Origin: Candidatus Bathyarchaeota archaeon
Lineage (GTDB): Archaea; Thermoproteota; Bathyarchaeia; Bathyarchaeales; DTEX01
Assembly: GCA_963714275.1 (NCBI GenBank)
Contig: CAVQNT010000001.1
Location: forward strand, 64,001-128,000
Length of the DNA: 64,000 nt
Direction of reading: 5' to 3'
Position 1 is the first letter of the stretch, and the number at the start of each line of letters is the position of its first letter. Position numbers and translations under genes: made by a program. The notes beneath the pieces are model-generated. The model saw nothing but the letters and a program-made list of their open reading frames with translations, was not told the DNA's origin and made no database searches. This document shows positions 11,507 to 21,686 of the stretch, one piece after another.

Positions 11507-13702
11507 TCATGCTACGTTGAAGCTGTACCTGTTTTGTGAGATCACTATTCCGTTATAGTCTGTTAGCTTTGCATCTAACATGAAAGAGTCAACAAGGTCT
11601 TCGGGAATCATCGATTCTATTTGACCTATAGGTAAAGCTGAGTCATCATGGATGTCAGTGTTCATCGATGTCTCCATAAGCGTTTTTCCCCGGTTATCAA
11701 TTATTCTGAATTCTGCGAAACACTTTCCTAGAGTCTTGTGAAGGTCGTTAATCACCCACACCTTGCATTTGAAAGTTTCGCCCTTACTCCAACTCTTTTT
11801 TGGGTACTCTGCGCATACCAACACGGGAGCATAGGCGTCTTTGACAGTGTAGTAAGCGAGTTTCGGTCTAAGGAACCAGTCAACGACGCTCCAACATATA
11901 GAAGGCCATGGCTCGTTGAACTGCCAAAACATACATCCACTGATTCGATACTTCATACGTCTGAAATACTCAATACCATACTTTAATGTCTCAGCTTGGG
12001 CTTTCTGCGTAGCTTCCACAAAATCTTTTAGAGTACTAGGATCTGTATGCGTGATTTGTTGTACGTAGTGTCTCATCTTCTCCATTTCTATGAAGTGATA
12101 TTTCCAACTTGGTCCTGCAGGCCACAACTCCTCAGGTGGAATAAATTCCTTTAAACTTTCAACACAGGGCACAGACTGCAATCCAAACTCGCTGATAAAC
12201 AGGCTTTCCTTGTCTTCTGAGTAGAACTCGATTGGTTTAAACCTATGCCAAACCTGCCAGTTGTGAAAATCAAACTTTAATCGTGTCTCATCCTGTTCTG
12301 GGGGACCTGATACAGATATGAAGGGGCGGGAGGGATCAACCTTCTTACAGACTTTTTCCAAGGTTTTTATCAATTTTAGGTTTTTTACATAACTATACTC
12401 GTTTCCTCCGCACCAAGCTATGAGGCTTGGGTGGTTACGTAGGGTCTTAACCACTTCGCCACATTCAACTGCTACTTTCTCCAGAAAGTCTGGTGTCTGA
12501 GGGTAGTTCAGGTTTGCAAAAGCAAATTCCTGCCATACCAAGATACCCAATCGGTTACATATATTATAGAACTCCTCTTTCTCCCTTATGTGCCAACCAT
12601 GGATTCTCAAAATATTCATGTTTGCTTCCTTAGCCAATGTAAGTAGTTTTTCGTACCGTTCTCGAGAAAACCTGCCATAAAGTAGGTCAATATTAGTCCA
12701 GTTAGCTCCCTTCACGAAATTCCTTTTACCATTGATACAGAAGGTCCATGGTGCGCTATCTTCAGGCGCTCCTTTATTGGGAATTATCCTTACCTCTCTT
12801 ATGCCAAAGACTCTCATAACATTATCAAGACTTTTCCCCTCTTCCAGAACCTCAACGGATGTCTTGTATAGGTTTTGTTCACCCATGTCCCAAGGCCACC
12901 AAAGCCTAGGTTCAGGTACTTCAAGGTAAATCGCTAATGATTGTGATCCCGGGGGCACCTCAAACTCTACACTTTTATCAGAGGTCTTTGAAACGAAGTT
13001 CTCACCTGTTACGCTATTTTTAAGCGTGACCTTCTTTCTATCAGTCGAAGTGTTATAGATACTAATCTCGTTCGTGAGATGTGCTACATTTTCGCCAATT
13101 TTCGATGTCACATATAGATCTTCTATGTAAACCTTTCCCGTAGCTACTATCTCAGCATCTTCCCAGATGCCCATAGTAATGAGCTCTGGGACATAATCGA
13201 TAGAATAGCCTAGGTTACATTTTCGTCCACCAGTCTTGGATCTGTCCTTTGGTGGAGGATGAATACATACAGCGATGAGGTTTTTTTCACTTTCGCCATA
13301 GTTAACGACATTTGTTATGTCGAAGACTATTGGAGAAAACATGCCTTCATGAGCCCCGATGTGCTTCCCATTCAACCAGAAATCAGCCTTAAAGTCAACA
13401 CCGTGGAAGACGAGCCTAACGACCTTACCTCTCCAGTTTTCAGGCACTGAAAACCATTTTCTGTACCACCACTCGTAGTCAACAACCCACTTTATCTTCT
13501 CGTTATTCCTGCCCCAATAGGGGTTTGGAATCACGTTTTCATCTATTATAGCTGAATGGACATCTCCCGGAACACTTGCTCTAACCCAATTCCAAATCAT
13601 AGCCCAGAAATCCGGTTGATAAACGCCCTCTTCCACTCCCTCACCGGGCCTAAACTGGTGAAGAAGCCAGTCTTTTCCGTTAAGACTTAATTGCTCTCTC
13701 AT
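11507..13702 (-). CDS. Glycoside hydrolase family 2, beta-mannosidase-like
   Basis: VPGDVH, FHGVD, WWPWDMGEQNLY, KGANW, NHPSLIAWCGGNE, SEFG, FWQFNEPWP. Confidence 0.9.
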   Translation of the reverse strand: MREQLSLNGKDWLLHQFRPGEGVEEGVYQPDFWAMIWNWVRASVPGDVHSAIIDENVIPNPYWGRNNEKIKWVVDYEWWYRKWFSVPENWRGKVVRLVFHGVDFKADFWLNGKHIGAHEGMFSPIVFDITNVVNYGESEKNLIAVCIHPPPKDRSKTGGRKCNLGYSIDYVPELITMGIWEDAEIVATGKVYIEDLYVTSKIGENVAHLTNEISIYNTSTDRKKVTLKNSVTGENFVSKTSDKSVEFEVPPGSQSLAIYLEVPEPRLWWPWDMGEQNLYKTSVEVLEEGKSLDNVMRVFGIREVRIIPNKGAPEDSAPWTFCINGKRNFVKGANWTNIDLLYGRFSRERYEKLLTLAKEANMNILRIHGWHIREKEEFYNICNRLGILVWQEFAFANLNYPQTPDFLEKVAVECGEVVKTLRNHPSLIAWCGGNEYSYVKNLKLIKTLEKVCKKVDPSRPFISVSGPPEQDETRLKFDFHNWQVWHRFKPIEFYSEDKESLFISEFGLQSVPCVESLKEFIPPEELWPAGPSWKYHFIEMEKMRHYVQQITHTDPSTLKDFVEATQKAQAETLKYGIEYFRRMKYRISGCMFWQFNEPWPSICWSVVDWFLRPKLAYYTVKDAYAPVLVCAEYPKKSWSKGETFKCKVWVINDLHKTLGKCFAEFRIIDNRGKTLMETSMNTDIHDDSALPIGQIESMIPEDLVDSFMLDAKLTDYNGIVISQNRYSFNVA

Positions 13703-13957
13703 GGAAATGCAGCCGATAAAACATTTAATGGTTACCTTAAAAATTTTTTCATATAAAGCCATATAAAGCTAATGACACATGATTGACTTTACTTATAGGC
13801 TCATATGGATGACAGGTCTTTTATGCCTTCCAAGGAGGAGTATGCCATCATTCTAAGGTTATTGGATGTTGTGAGGACATAAACTATCCCCGATGTCAGA
13901 GAGGGTTAAGCATGAAAGGCATTTAGAAAATACTCTCACCAAATCACTTAGACTAAG

Positions 13958-13984
13958 TGGAGCCCCGGACGGGATTCCAACCCC
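13958..13984 (-). repeat. Degenerate tRNA 3'-end fragment (att-like), copy 1
   Basis: TGGAGCCCCGGACGGGATTCCAACCCC; its reverse complement resembles a T-arm plus acceptor 3' strand CCGGGGC-T-CCA. Confidence 0.65.
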
Positions 13985-14517
13985 TACTTCTGGTGCCCTT
14001 CCCATCAACCTCGTTTCTATTGATGCGATCTGCGAATTTCATCTTCCAATATAAGTCTATAATTTTGATCTTTAATCATAGAAGTATTAAAATTAGTAGA
14101 AAAAAAGCTAACAAATGAACCTCGCAAAACTCTCGTTCACATTGAGGACATTTTAATAATTTTTTCGGTAAATTGTCATTTTTACTGACACTACATTCTG
14201 GACAGATACTCAATGTTTCCCCCTAGTAATACTTGATTTAATATGGAAAAAAAGCTTTTGATATAGCTGACTTTGTGTTGTGCGTGTTTTTTGTTTGTGT
14301 TTTTATAAGTCGCAAAATTTTTGTGTATTCTTTCGAAACTGATAAATATTAAGTGTCAAACTTAAGCGTGAAAATAAATGCTGAACTTAAAAGTTGGTTT
14401 TATACCTTGTGGCGTCCATGTTAAAGTAACGGATTCGTTCGGTCGTCCATTCATAGACTATCAAATGCTAGAACAAGCGGTGAACAGTCTAGCTAGCGCT
14501 AGCTCAGGAGACTCACA

Positions 14518-15752
14518 TTGTTGAAGTATACTTTCTTGTGGACATGGGACCATAGCATGGAATGGGCTCCTAATGAGCCAGGAGCAGTGCCGGATGGATG
14601 TAACAACCCCTACAAGAAGAGGCCTCAAGCATTTCTGAAGGATTATAAGGTTCTGGTTGACTACGCCAGCGAGCATAACATAAATGCGGTAATAATTTGG
14701 GGTTTTCTCCGAAAAGCGCATGAAGGCACCAAAGCTTCTAGGAGCTTTGCAGATACGCTAAAGACAAAGGTGTATATGTATGGCCCGGGGTTGGGACATC
14801 CCATTATGGCGGCTTCTACTACAGGAGCCGTCACCCCTTCAACTTAGAGACTTGGCTAAAAATGCATCCTGAACTGAGGGCAACTGGCAAAGACGGTAGA
14901 CCAGAACCTCGGCTTTGTCCTTCCAAAGAAGAAAACAAGGAATGGTTGAGAGCAGGGATAAGATGGTTGTATGAAAACTTCGAAGTTGGAGGGTTGAATT
15001 TGGAGTACGGAGACATCATGGTCTGCTATTGCAGAGATTGCACAAAGACCAGAGAACACATTTCGTCAGGATTCCCTAATGAGCCCAATTACTATAAGGA
15101 TATGGCGATGTCCATCACGCCTGCTATAGAAACCGCTTTCGAAATGGACCATGACACATTAGCTACTTATGCTACTTACACTGGTTTCGACCTGAACATG
15201 GCAAGGAACCCGCCCAGCTTCGTCAAGATCATTCCCGAAAGAGCCATCTGCCAATGGACGGTAACTGACATGATGGAGGACGAATGGCCACCGGAGTCAA
15301 AACCCACAACGAAACACTCCACAGGTTTCACGCATTGGGGAAGCCAATGGTGGAACAACAATACCCGACACGCTCTGGTACTGAATCACATTCAACTTAT
15401 CTGCCGATACGCAAATCAAGCAGGACTGGAAGGAATAGGCATCCAAGGAGAGGTGCCCCCGGAGATAGTTCCAAACGAGCTAAACTACTTGGCCTTAGGA
15501 TATTTCTCGTTACACCCAAATGCAGGCCTAGAAGAGTACGCTGAGGATATTCTAAGAGATCTTTTCGGCGGAACAGTCTCTGCCTCGAGCCTCGTCAGAT
15601 ATCTAAGAATGGAAGATCACTCGACAATCAAAGAAAATCTGAAAGAAATCAAAGAAGCCCAGTATAGAGAGGAAAATCAGACTGATTCAACAATCAGAAA
15701 AAGGTGGAACTGGCTACTGTTCGAAAACCAGAGAAGATACTTTTTCAGCTGA
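14518..15752 (+). CDS. Uncharacterised TIM-barrel-like protein (possible glycoside hydrolase-like); frameshift near 14740
   Basis: ORFs 14518..14847 and 14862..15752 are bridged by a continuous alternative frame (ELCRYAKDKGVYVWPGVGTSHYGGFYY); GGAG RBS upstream of TTG. Confidence 0.6.
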
Positions 15753-15800
15753 ACCAAACATACACACCGTGACATATTGTTGTGGCAGAAGTAGAGGTGC

Positions 15801-15821
15801 TGGAGCCCCGGGCGGGATTTG
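15801..15821 (-). repeat. tRNA 3'-end fragment (att-like), copy 2
   Basis: TGGAGCCCCGGGCGGGATTTG is the reverse complement of CAAATCCCGCCCGGGGCTCCA; direct repeat of 13958-13978. Confidence 0.7.
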
Positions 15822-15949
15822 GGCATCAAATATGGTTCCCTTCTTCGCTAGTTTGCTTGGATATTAGTCCCGTAACTAGCTGAGCTTGCTTGCATCGATT
15901 TAGGTTGTATTTTTTTATACTTGTTGTTGTGTTTATTGTGTGATGGTTT

Positions 15950-16963
15950 ATGGTTAGGATGCGGTTTGCGGTTATTTTGCCAGGCGACGTTTACAAGCCT
16001 GAAAACCTTGTCTTGATGAGGCAGCTGGGCTGCACAGACGTGATTGGGCATGGTCCGCGGCTGATTTATGGCTCCGAGGTTTGGGAGCAAGGCGACATCG
16101 CCCAGATGAAAAGGCACGTCGAAAACTTTGGGCTTCGTCTTGAGGTCCTCGAGGACGGTCCCCAGATAGAAAAGATTGTCTACAACCTTCCAGGTAAAGA
16201 GGAGCAGCTGGAGCACTTCTGTAAGTCTCTCGAGAACCTGGGCGCAGCGGGCATCAAGGTCATTAAGCCTCAGCACATGCCTCCTGTTCCGAATGCGATT
16301 TGGCGGACTGAAAGTGACAAGCTGACCCGTGGAGGAGCAACGTCGACTGCCTTCGATTACGAGTTGGTCAAGGACCTTCCGCTGACGACCAAGTTTGGCA
16401 CTTACAAAGAGGAAGATGTGTGGAAAAACGTGAAGTACCTGTTGAATAGTGTGCTGCCCACAGCGGAGCAGTCAGGCGTTGTTGTGACTTTTCACCCGGA
16501 CGACCCGCCTATATCGCCGATTCAGGGGTTCCCGAGAATCCTCAGAAGCGTGGAAGCCTTCGACAAGCTGCTAGGTCTCGTGCCAAGCGACAACGTCGGA
16601 GTCAACTTCTGTCAAGGATGCTTCGCCGAGATGGGTGTGGATGTTCCAGCCGCGATACGGCACTTTGGCAAACAAAAGAAAATCTTTTTCGCTCACTTCA
16701 GGAACGTAAAAGGCACGGTGCATTCAAAGGGAGGCTTCCAAGAAATCTTTCACGACGACCCAGACGGTCACGTGGACATGTTTGAGGCGATGAAAGCCTA
16801 CTACGAGGTTGGATTCATGGGACCGATGAGGCCTGACCACGCGCCTAAACTGCAGGGCGACGAGGCTTTCGGGGGGTCCGGAGGATACTATGTTCTCGGC
16901 AAGGTGCTTGGACTGGGATACATGAAAGGCTTGGCGGACGCAGTAGAAAAAATGGGCTATTAA
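15950..16963 (+). CDS. uxuA: Mannonate dehydratase
   Basis: FHPDDPP, NFCQGCF, FAHFRNV, MRPDHAP, GYMKGL. Confidence 0.88.
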   Translation: MVRMRFAVILPGDVYKPENLVLMRQLGCTDVIGHGPRLIYGSEVWEQGDIAQMKRHVENFGLRLEVLEDGPQIEKIVYNLPGKEEQLEHFCKSLENLGAAGIKVIKPQHMPPVPNAIWRTESDKLTRGGATSTAFDYELVKDLPLTTKFGTYKEEDVWKNVKYLLNSVLPTAEQSGVVVTFHPDDPPISPIQGFPRILRSVEAFDKLLGLVPSDNVGVNFCQGCFAEMGVDVPAAIRHFGKQKKIFFAHFRNVKGTVHSKGGFQEIFHDDPDGHVDMFEAMKAYYEVGFMGPMRPDHAPKLQGDEAFGGSGGYYVLGKVLGLGYMKGLADAVEKMGY

Positions 16964-17015
16964 GTCATTGGTCTAGTCTGTGGTTCTTCAGAGAAACTTT
17001 CTGTTGTTTTTGTGG

Positions 17016-18257
17016 TTACAATAGTTCGTCGACGTTTTCTTTAATTTTTTGTATGCTTTGCACGACGAGGTCTAAGCCTTCTTTGCCTGAAAGCAGAATC
17101 GGATGAGGCAACGTTATCTCTTCGGCTGTGAATTTTTTGGCTCCGGGCAAATGAAGCTTCTCGTAATCGGGTGTCTTGGCGCCTTCGGGTATTATGTCCT
17201 TCAGGTTTTCTTTTCTGAAGGCTGGCTGCTTGTAAAGTGGCATCCCGTATCCGCTGCCTGCTGGCACGCCCTCTGCGTTTAAGGCTTCGAGGAACCTTGT
17301 TTTTGGGAGTCCTTTGAATTCCGTTTTGTCGTATCGAATGATGAAGAAGTAGTAGCCGCGCTTCGTGATTCGTGAGTCCTTTCTTAACGGTTCAACTCCG
17401 CCTATTCTGCTGATCTTCTCGGCAAGGTATTCGCCGTTGACGCTTTTTTCGTCTACTTCTCGAGGAAGCTCATCCATGTTTGCCAGAAGCAGCGCGGCTT
17501 GAAGCTCCGACAGCCGATAGTTAGAGCTTAGAAGGAAGTGTTCATAACCGGGTCTTCCGACGACCCTGCCGATGTTGTGAATGAGCCTTGCCCTTTCAGC
17601 CAGCTCGTCGTCGTTTGTGAGGACGATGCCGCCTTCGCCTGAAGCAAGAGACTTTGACTCCTGGAAAGAGAAGGATCCCATGTCGCCTATGGCTCCGACT
17701 TTCCGTCCCTTCCATTCGGTTCCGTGGGCGTGAGCACAATCCTCAACGAGGAACAAGTTATTCCGCTTGATGATGGGTAGAATCTTGTCGAAATCAACCG
17801 GATACCCCCCGTAATGGACAACCATAACCGCCTTTATCTCGTCAGTTAACGAGTCTTCTATGGCTGACGGGCTGATTGTGGCGGCTCCCGGATCAATGTC
17901 AACGAATTTTGGGACCGCTCCGACTTCAGTGATAGCTGAGGCTGAAGCGATGAAAGTTACAGCTGGGACCAGAACCTGGTCGCCGAATCCGATTCCCGCC
18001 GTTTTGAGGGCGAGTTCCAACGACACTGTCCCGTTTGCCACTGCTATGCCGTGTTTTGCATCATGGTAAGCAGCGAATGCTTTTTCGAACTGTTCCGCCT
18101 TTGACCCCGCGTATATGCGGCACCATCTTCCGCTGTCCAAGACTTCGAGAAGCGCCTTCTTAGATTTCTCGCTTGCCCTTGGCCACTTAGGCATTTTTTG
18201 TTTAAGTTCAGCAGCTTCAGCTGGCCCACCGTTGACGGCTAACTTATTTTTAGTCAC
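17016..18257 (-). CDS. DegT/DnrJ/EryC1/StrS family PLP aminotransferase
   Basis: NGTVSL, EDCAHAHG, SFSFQESKSLASGEGG, NYRLSELQAA. Confidence 0.9.
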   Translation of the reverse strand: MTKNKLAVNGGPAEAAELKQKMPKWPRASEKSKKALLEVLDSGRWCRIYAGSKAEQFEKAFAAYHDAKHGIAVANGTVSLELALKTAGIGFGDQVLVPAVTFIASASAITEVGAVPKFVDIDPGAATISPSAIEDSLTDEIKAVMVVHYGGYPVDFDKILPIIKRNNLFLVEDCAHAHGTEWKGRKVGAIGDMGSFSFQESKSLASGEGGIVLTNDDELAERARLIHNIGRVVGRPGYEHFLLSSNYRLSELQAALLLANMDELPREVDEKSVNGEYLAEKISRIGGVEPLRKDSRITKRGYYFFIIRYDKTEFKGLPKTRFLEALNAEGVPAGSGYGMPLYKQPAFRKENLKDIIPEGAKTPDYEKLHLPGAKKFTAEEITLPHPILLSGKEGLDLVVQSIQKIKENVDELL

Positions 18258-18346
18258 GATCTCACCAAGGTTGTTGTTAGAGGTTTATAGTCTTTTATAA
18301 CTTCACATATAGGTAAAATAACCTCTAGTGAACCCGTTGGAGTAAG

Positions 18347-18540
18347 AGAAGGAACGGGTTTTAACTTCGAAAGGATGGTTTATTAAGGGTTGACAGAAAT
18401 CTTCAAACCAACATTCAAGGCGTGTTTGCAACCTGCGACTTTACTGGAAGGTTAAACTCAGAACAACAGCCTGTACCAAAAGCATTGTCGCAGCAGTTCA
18501 TGCGTTCGAAACAATCAGGAACCCTTATTGGCTTCATTGA
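18347..18540 (+). pseudogene. Degenerate copy of the 3' end of the TrxB/FNR-like gene at 21321-21516
   Basis: GTTGACAGAAATCTTCA.ACCAACATT.AAGGCGTGTTTGCA and TTCGAAAC.ATCA.GAA.CCTTATTGGCT.CATT shared with 21364-21515; indels present and no start. Confidence 0.85.
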
Positions 18541-18647
18541 CTCCGGAAAAGAGCTGTGGTATATTCTGAAATCTTTCCTGTAAGGGTTTCACTCCACTAT
18601 GTTCTTATATTTATTCTGAGTAATATGGTAGTAAAGAGGGTTGAATA

Positions 18648-19221
18648 ATGGATTTTAAAGGAAGTAGAACCGAGAAAAACCTGTTAGCAGCATTTGCAGG
18701 TGAATCACAGGCTAGAAACCGATACACTTTCTACGCCAGCGTAGCCAGGAAGGAAGGTTATGAACAGATATCCGCTATTTTCCAAGAGACAGCTGACAAT
18801 GAGAAAGAACATGCTCAACTATTCTTCAATCACCTCAAAGGAGGAACGGTTGAAATTAGGGCATCCTATCCTGCAGGCGATGTTGGATCAACAGCAAATA
18901 ACTTAAAAGCAGCAGCGGAAGGAGAGAAACTTGAATGGGGAACATTGTACCCTGACTTTGCCAAGGTGGCTGAAGAAGAAGGCTTCAGAGACATAGCTGA
19001 GAACTTTTCGAGGTGTTGCGAGCGTAGAGAGTTATCATGAGCGACGCTATAGAAAACTGTTAGAGAACGTTGAACAAGGTAAAGTCTTCACTAAAGAAAC
19101 GCCTATTAAATGGAAATGCAGAAATTGTGGTCATGTATACGATGGAAGTGAGGTACCTGAAACATGTCCAGTCTGTGCACACGCGAGAAGCTACTTTGAA
19201 GTTTGGTGCGAGAATTATTAA
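18648..19221 (+). CDS. rbr: Rubrerythrin; frameshift near 18999
   Basis: TEKNLLAAFAGESQARNRY, NEKEHA, EGEKLEW, then ESYHERRY and WKCRNCG..CPVCAH in the corrected frame. Confidence 0.92.
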
Positions 19222-19248
19222 ATTTCAAGCTTATCAGGAGGAGAAAAT

Positions 19249-19368
19249 ATGACTGAAGTTGGACAAGTGTATTTATGTGAAATATGTGGTAACAAAGTCA
19301 AAGTTCTGGAATCAGGCGTAGGAACACTGGTCTGTTGCGGAAAACCGATGAAACTCTTGAAAAAATAA
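19249..19368 (+). CDS. Stand-alone desulforedoxin (39 aa), missed by the ORF track
   Basis: [39 protein letters not shown] has the CxxC...CC Dx motif; GGAGG RBS. Confidence 0.88.
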   Translation: MTEVGQVYLCEICGNKVKVLESGVGTLVCCGKPMKLLKK

Positions 19369-19482
19369 TAAACTGTCTTCAAGAGTCTTTTATCTTTTTA
19401 CAAACAGTGCAATAGATTACTAAAAGCGAGGTACACTTAAGACCTTTTTTCCGTTCACCTCATTGACTGCGAAATTAATAAT

Positions 19483-19761
19483 TCATAAATTTTCCTGTAA
19501 ATTTAGGTAGTCCTCTAAGTCAAATATCTTCTCTGAGTTTCCTATTTCTTTAAATAAACTGAATCCTTCAAGTTGAATTGCGCTTCCGCACTTTTTGCAT
19601 TTAATAGTTACTTTCTCAAGTTCGCCATCCGCCTCTGTACTTTCGAGGATATCATAGACCATGCCTGAGTCGTCGTCTGGAGATATTATCTCTCCACAAT
19701 GTGGACAAGGAAAATCGCCTTCTCCCTCAATCTCTGTAAGGTCGATTTTGAAGTGTTCCAT
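19483..19761 (-). CDS. Small acidic zinc-ribbon protein
   Basis: CPHC and CKKC pairs; GGGTGA RBS. Confidence 0.7.
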   Translation of the reverse strand: MEHFKIDLTEIEGEGDFPCPHCGEIISPDDDSGMVYDILESTEADGELEKVTIKCKKCGSAIQLEGFSLFKEIGNSEKIFDLEDYLNLQENL

Positions 19762-20573
19762 CTCTGCTATTCACCCTTAATTTCCTTCCTTAGGTTTGAG
19801 ATTATTTAATGCTTTTTGACACATAGAATTAGCCGCCCATGACATGATTTTAACCACATCCAATCTCCTTTTGGTACCAGAGTATTTCATAATCTATTTT
19901 CTAGATGTGGTCTCTCCAAAATGGAGGTTGTAGAAGGGGCTGTAAAAGAACCGGCAGTCTCGACAGTCAGTGTTAGACTTTGTCTTCTGTAAGAAATTTA
20001 TGCCTCCACCTCTCAGCATTTTTTTGGACCTGAATCCATGAAGAGGTGTTTCCAACCTACTGAAACCCCTTGTCCCGAAAATTTTTACTACATATTTTCT
20101 TGTTGAATAGTTTGTGTTGGAGGAGTATCTGACCCTTATTCTGAACGAGCAGCCATCAATTAACTGTGTGGAGAATATTTCACTTTTATTTATAAGATCA
20201 CTGATTTCGAAACCACGGACAGCCATTTCCGCAACCTCCATTCTGGAACTTCAACAACACTAGTTTTAAGTAATATGTGAAAACAAAGGGGGAGGGGTAC
20301 CAATTTTTTTGGCGCAGCCTCATCATTCAAGATTAATGCGTCTAGTTCTATCATTAATCTGAAGGCTTCTAGTCTATTGCAGAATTGCTGCATAGGCTCT
20401 ATATAGTGTTAAAGGTTTACTGGGTCATTTTAATCTACAATTTTAAAAAGTAGGTTAGTGAGTTAGGGGTTGGTAACATTAAATAATCTGAAATGTTAAG
20501 AAGATGGCGAATGAACCTTTAGCATACAGGACTTGTTGTATAGAACGATTTTGATGATGAAGGAATAATAGAA

Positions 20574-21516
20574 ATGTATGACGTGATTATAATTGGAGCT
20601 GGGCCTGCTGGTTTGACTGCTGCAGCGAATACATCTCTCAGAGGCTTGAGAAGTGTCGTTATCGAAAAACATGATTTTCCAGGCGGTTTACCTGTGCTCC
20701 TATATCCTGACAAAATCATTAGGGATCATCCTGGGTTTCCTGTGGGTATCCTTGGAAAGGAATTGAGCAGAATGCTCTTTTTGCAAGCTAAGAATGCGGG
20801 TGCAGAGATTAAGTGCGGCGAAGAGGTGTTGAAAATTGCGAAAGAAGTGGACAATGTGCTTGAAGTGAAGACTACGCAAGATACCTACCAAGCAAGGAGA
20901 GTCATTTTATGCACAGGAATATTCAATCTTCCAAGGAAGTTAGAAATCCTGAAGGACACATCCTACCCCAATGTTCACTATGCTGTAAAAGGTCTTGAAA
21001 TATTCAAAAACAAGCGAATGGTTATTGTTGGAGGAGGAGACCATGCCTTTGACACCGCTGTTCAGTCTTATGGATGTTACAGATAAAATCACTATTCTAG
21101 TGAAGAACAGATACGCAAAGGCTAAGGAGAATACTGTTAAGATTGCTGAAAATTTAGGGATAAAAATTTTTTATGACACTGAGATCTCTAATGTCTTTAA
21201 AAATAAAGATGGAAAGATTGAAAAAATCGAAATCGTTAACCTTGAGACACATGAAAAGAAAACTATCGAGATGGATGAACTCTTCATATCTATAGGTTTT
21301 GAACCGATTAAGTTGTTCCTAGAAAGGAACGGGTTTGCCCTCCGAAAGGAAGGTTCATTGAAGGTTGACAGAAATCTTCAGACCAACATTAAAGGCGTGT
21401 TTGCAGCCGGCGACATTACTGGGGAGGTTAGACTTATAACAACAGCTTGTGCTGAGGGTATTGTTGCAGCAATCCACGCATTCGAAACGATCAAGAAACC
21501 TTATTGGCTACATTAA
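20574..21516 (+). CDS. TrxB-family flavoprotein, probably ferredoxin-NADP+ reductase type 2 (no CxxC); frameshift near 21066
   Basis: IIGAGPAG, LYPDKIIRDHPGFP, HYAV in place of CxxC, VGGGDHA, GVFAAGD. Confidence 0.82.
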
Positions 21517-21686
21517 CTAGTCAGCTAGGGCAATTGGCAAGATGGAAAAATTGGTCTTAACCTTAACTGGAGAGGATTTAAGTAGCTCAGACGAATGTCC
21601 ATTTGGCTCGACTGAAGAAGAAGAGAAAGAAAAGGTTGAGCAAGATAATTAATGTGGTTGCAGTTGATTAAGCATGAGGTAAAAGC

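Noticed and set aside
13958-15821. Intact tRNA gene or CRISPR repeats
   Set aside because: Only 21-27 nt of a tRNA 3' end is present with no anticodon or D arm, and two copies 1.8 kb apart are not an array.
19894-20393. ORFs 19894..20241 and 20190..20393 as genes
   Set aside because: No recognisable motif or convincing start; they may be decayed sequence, but I cannot support a call.
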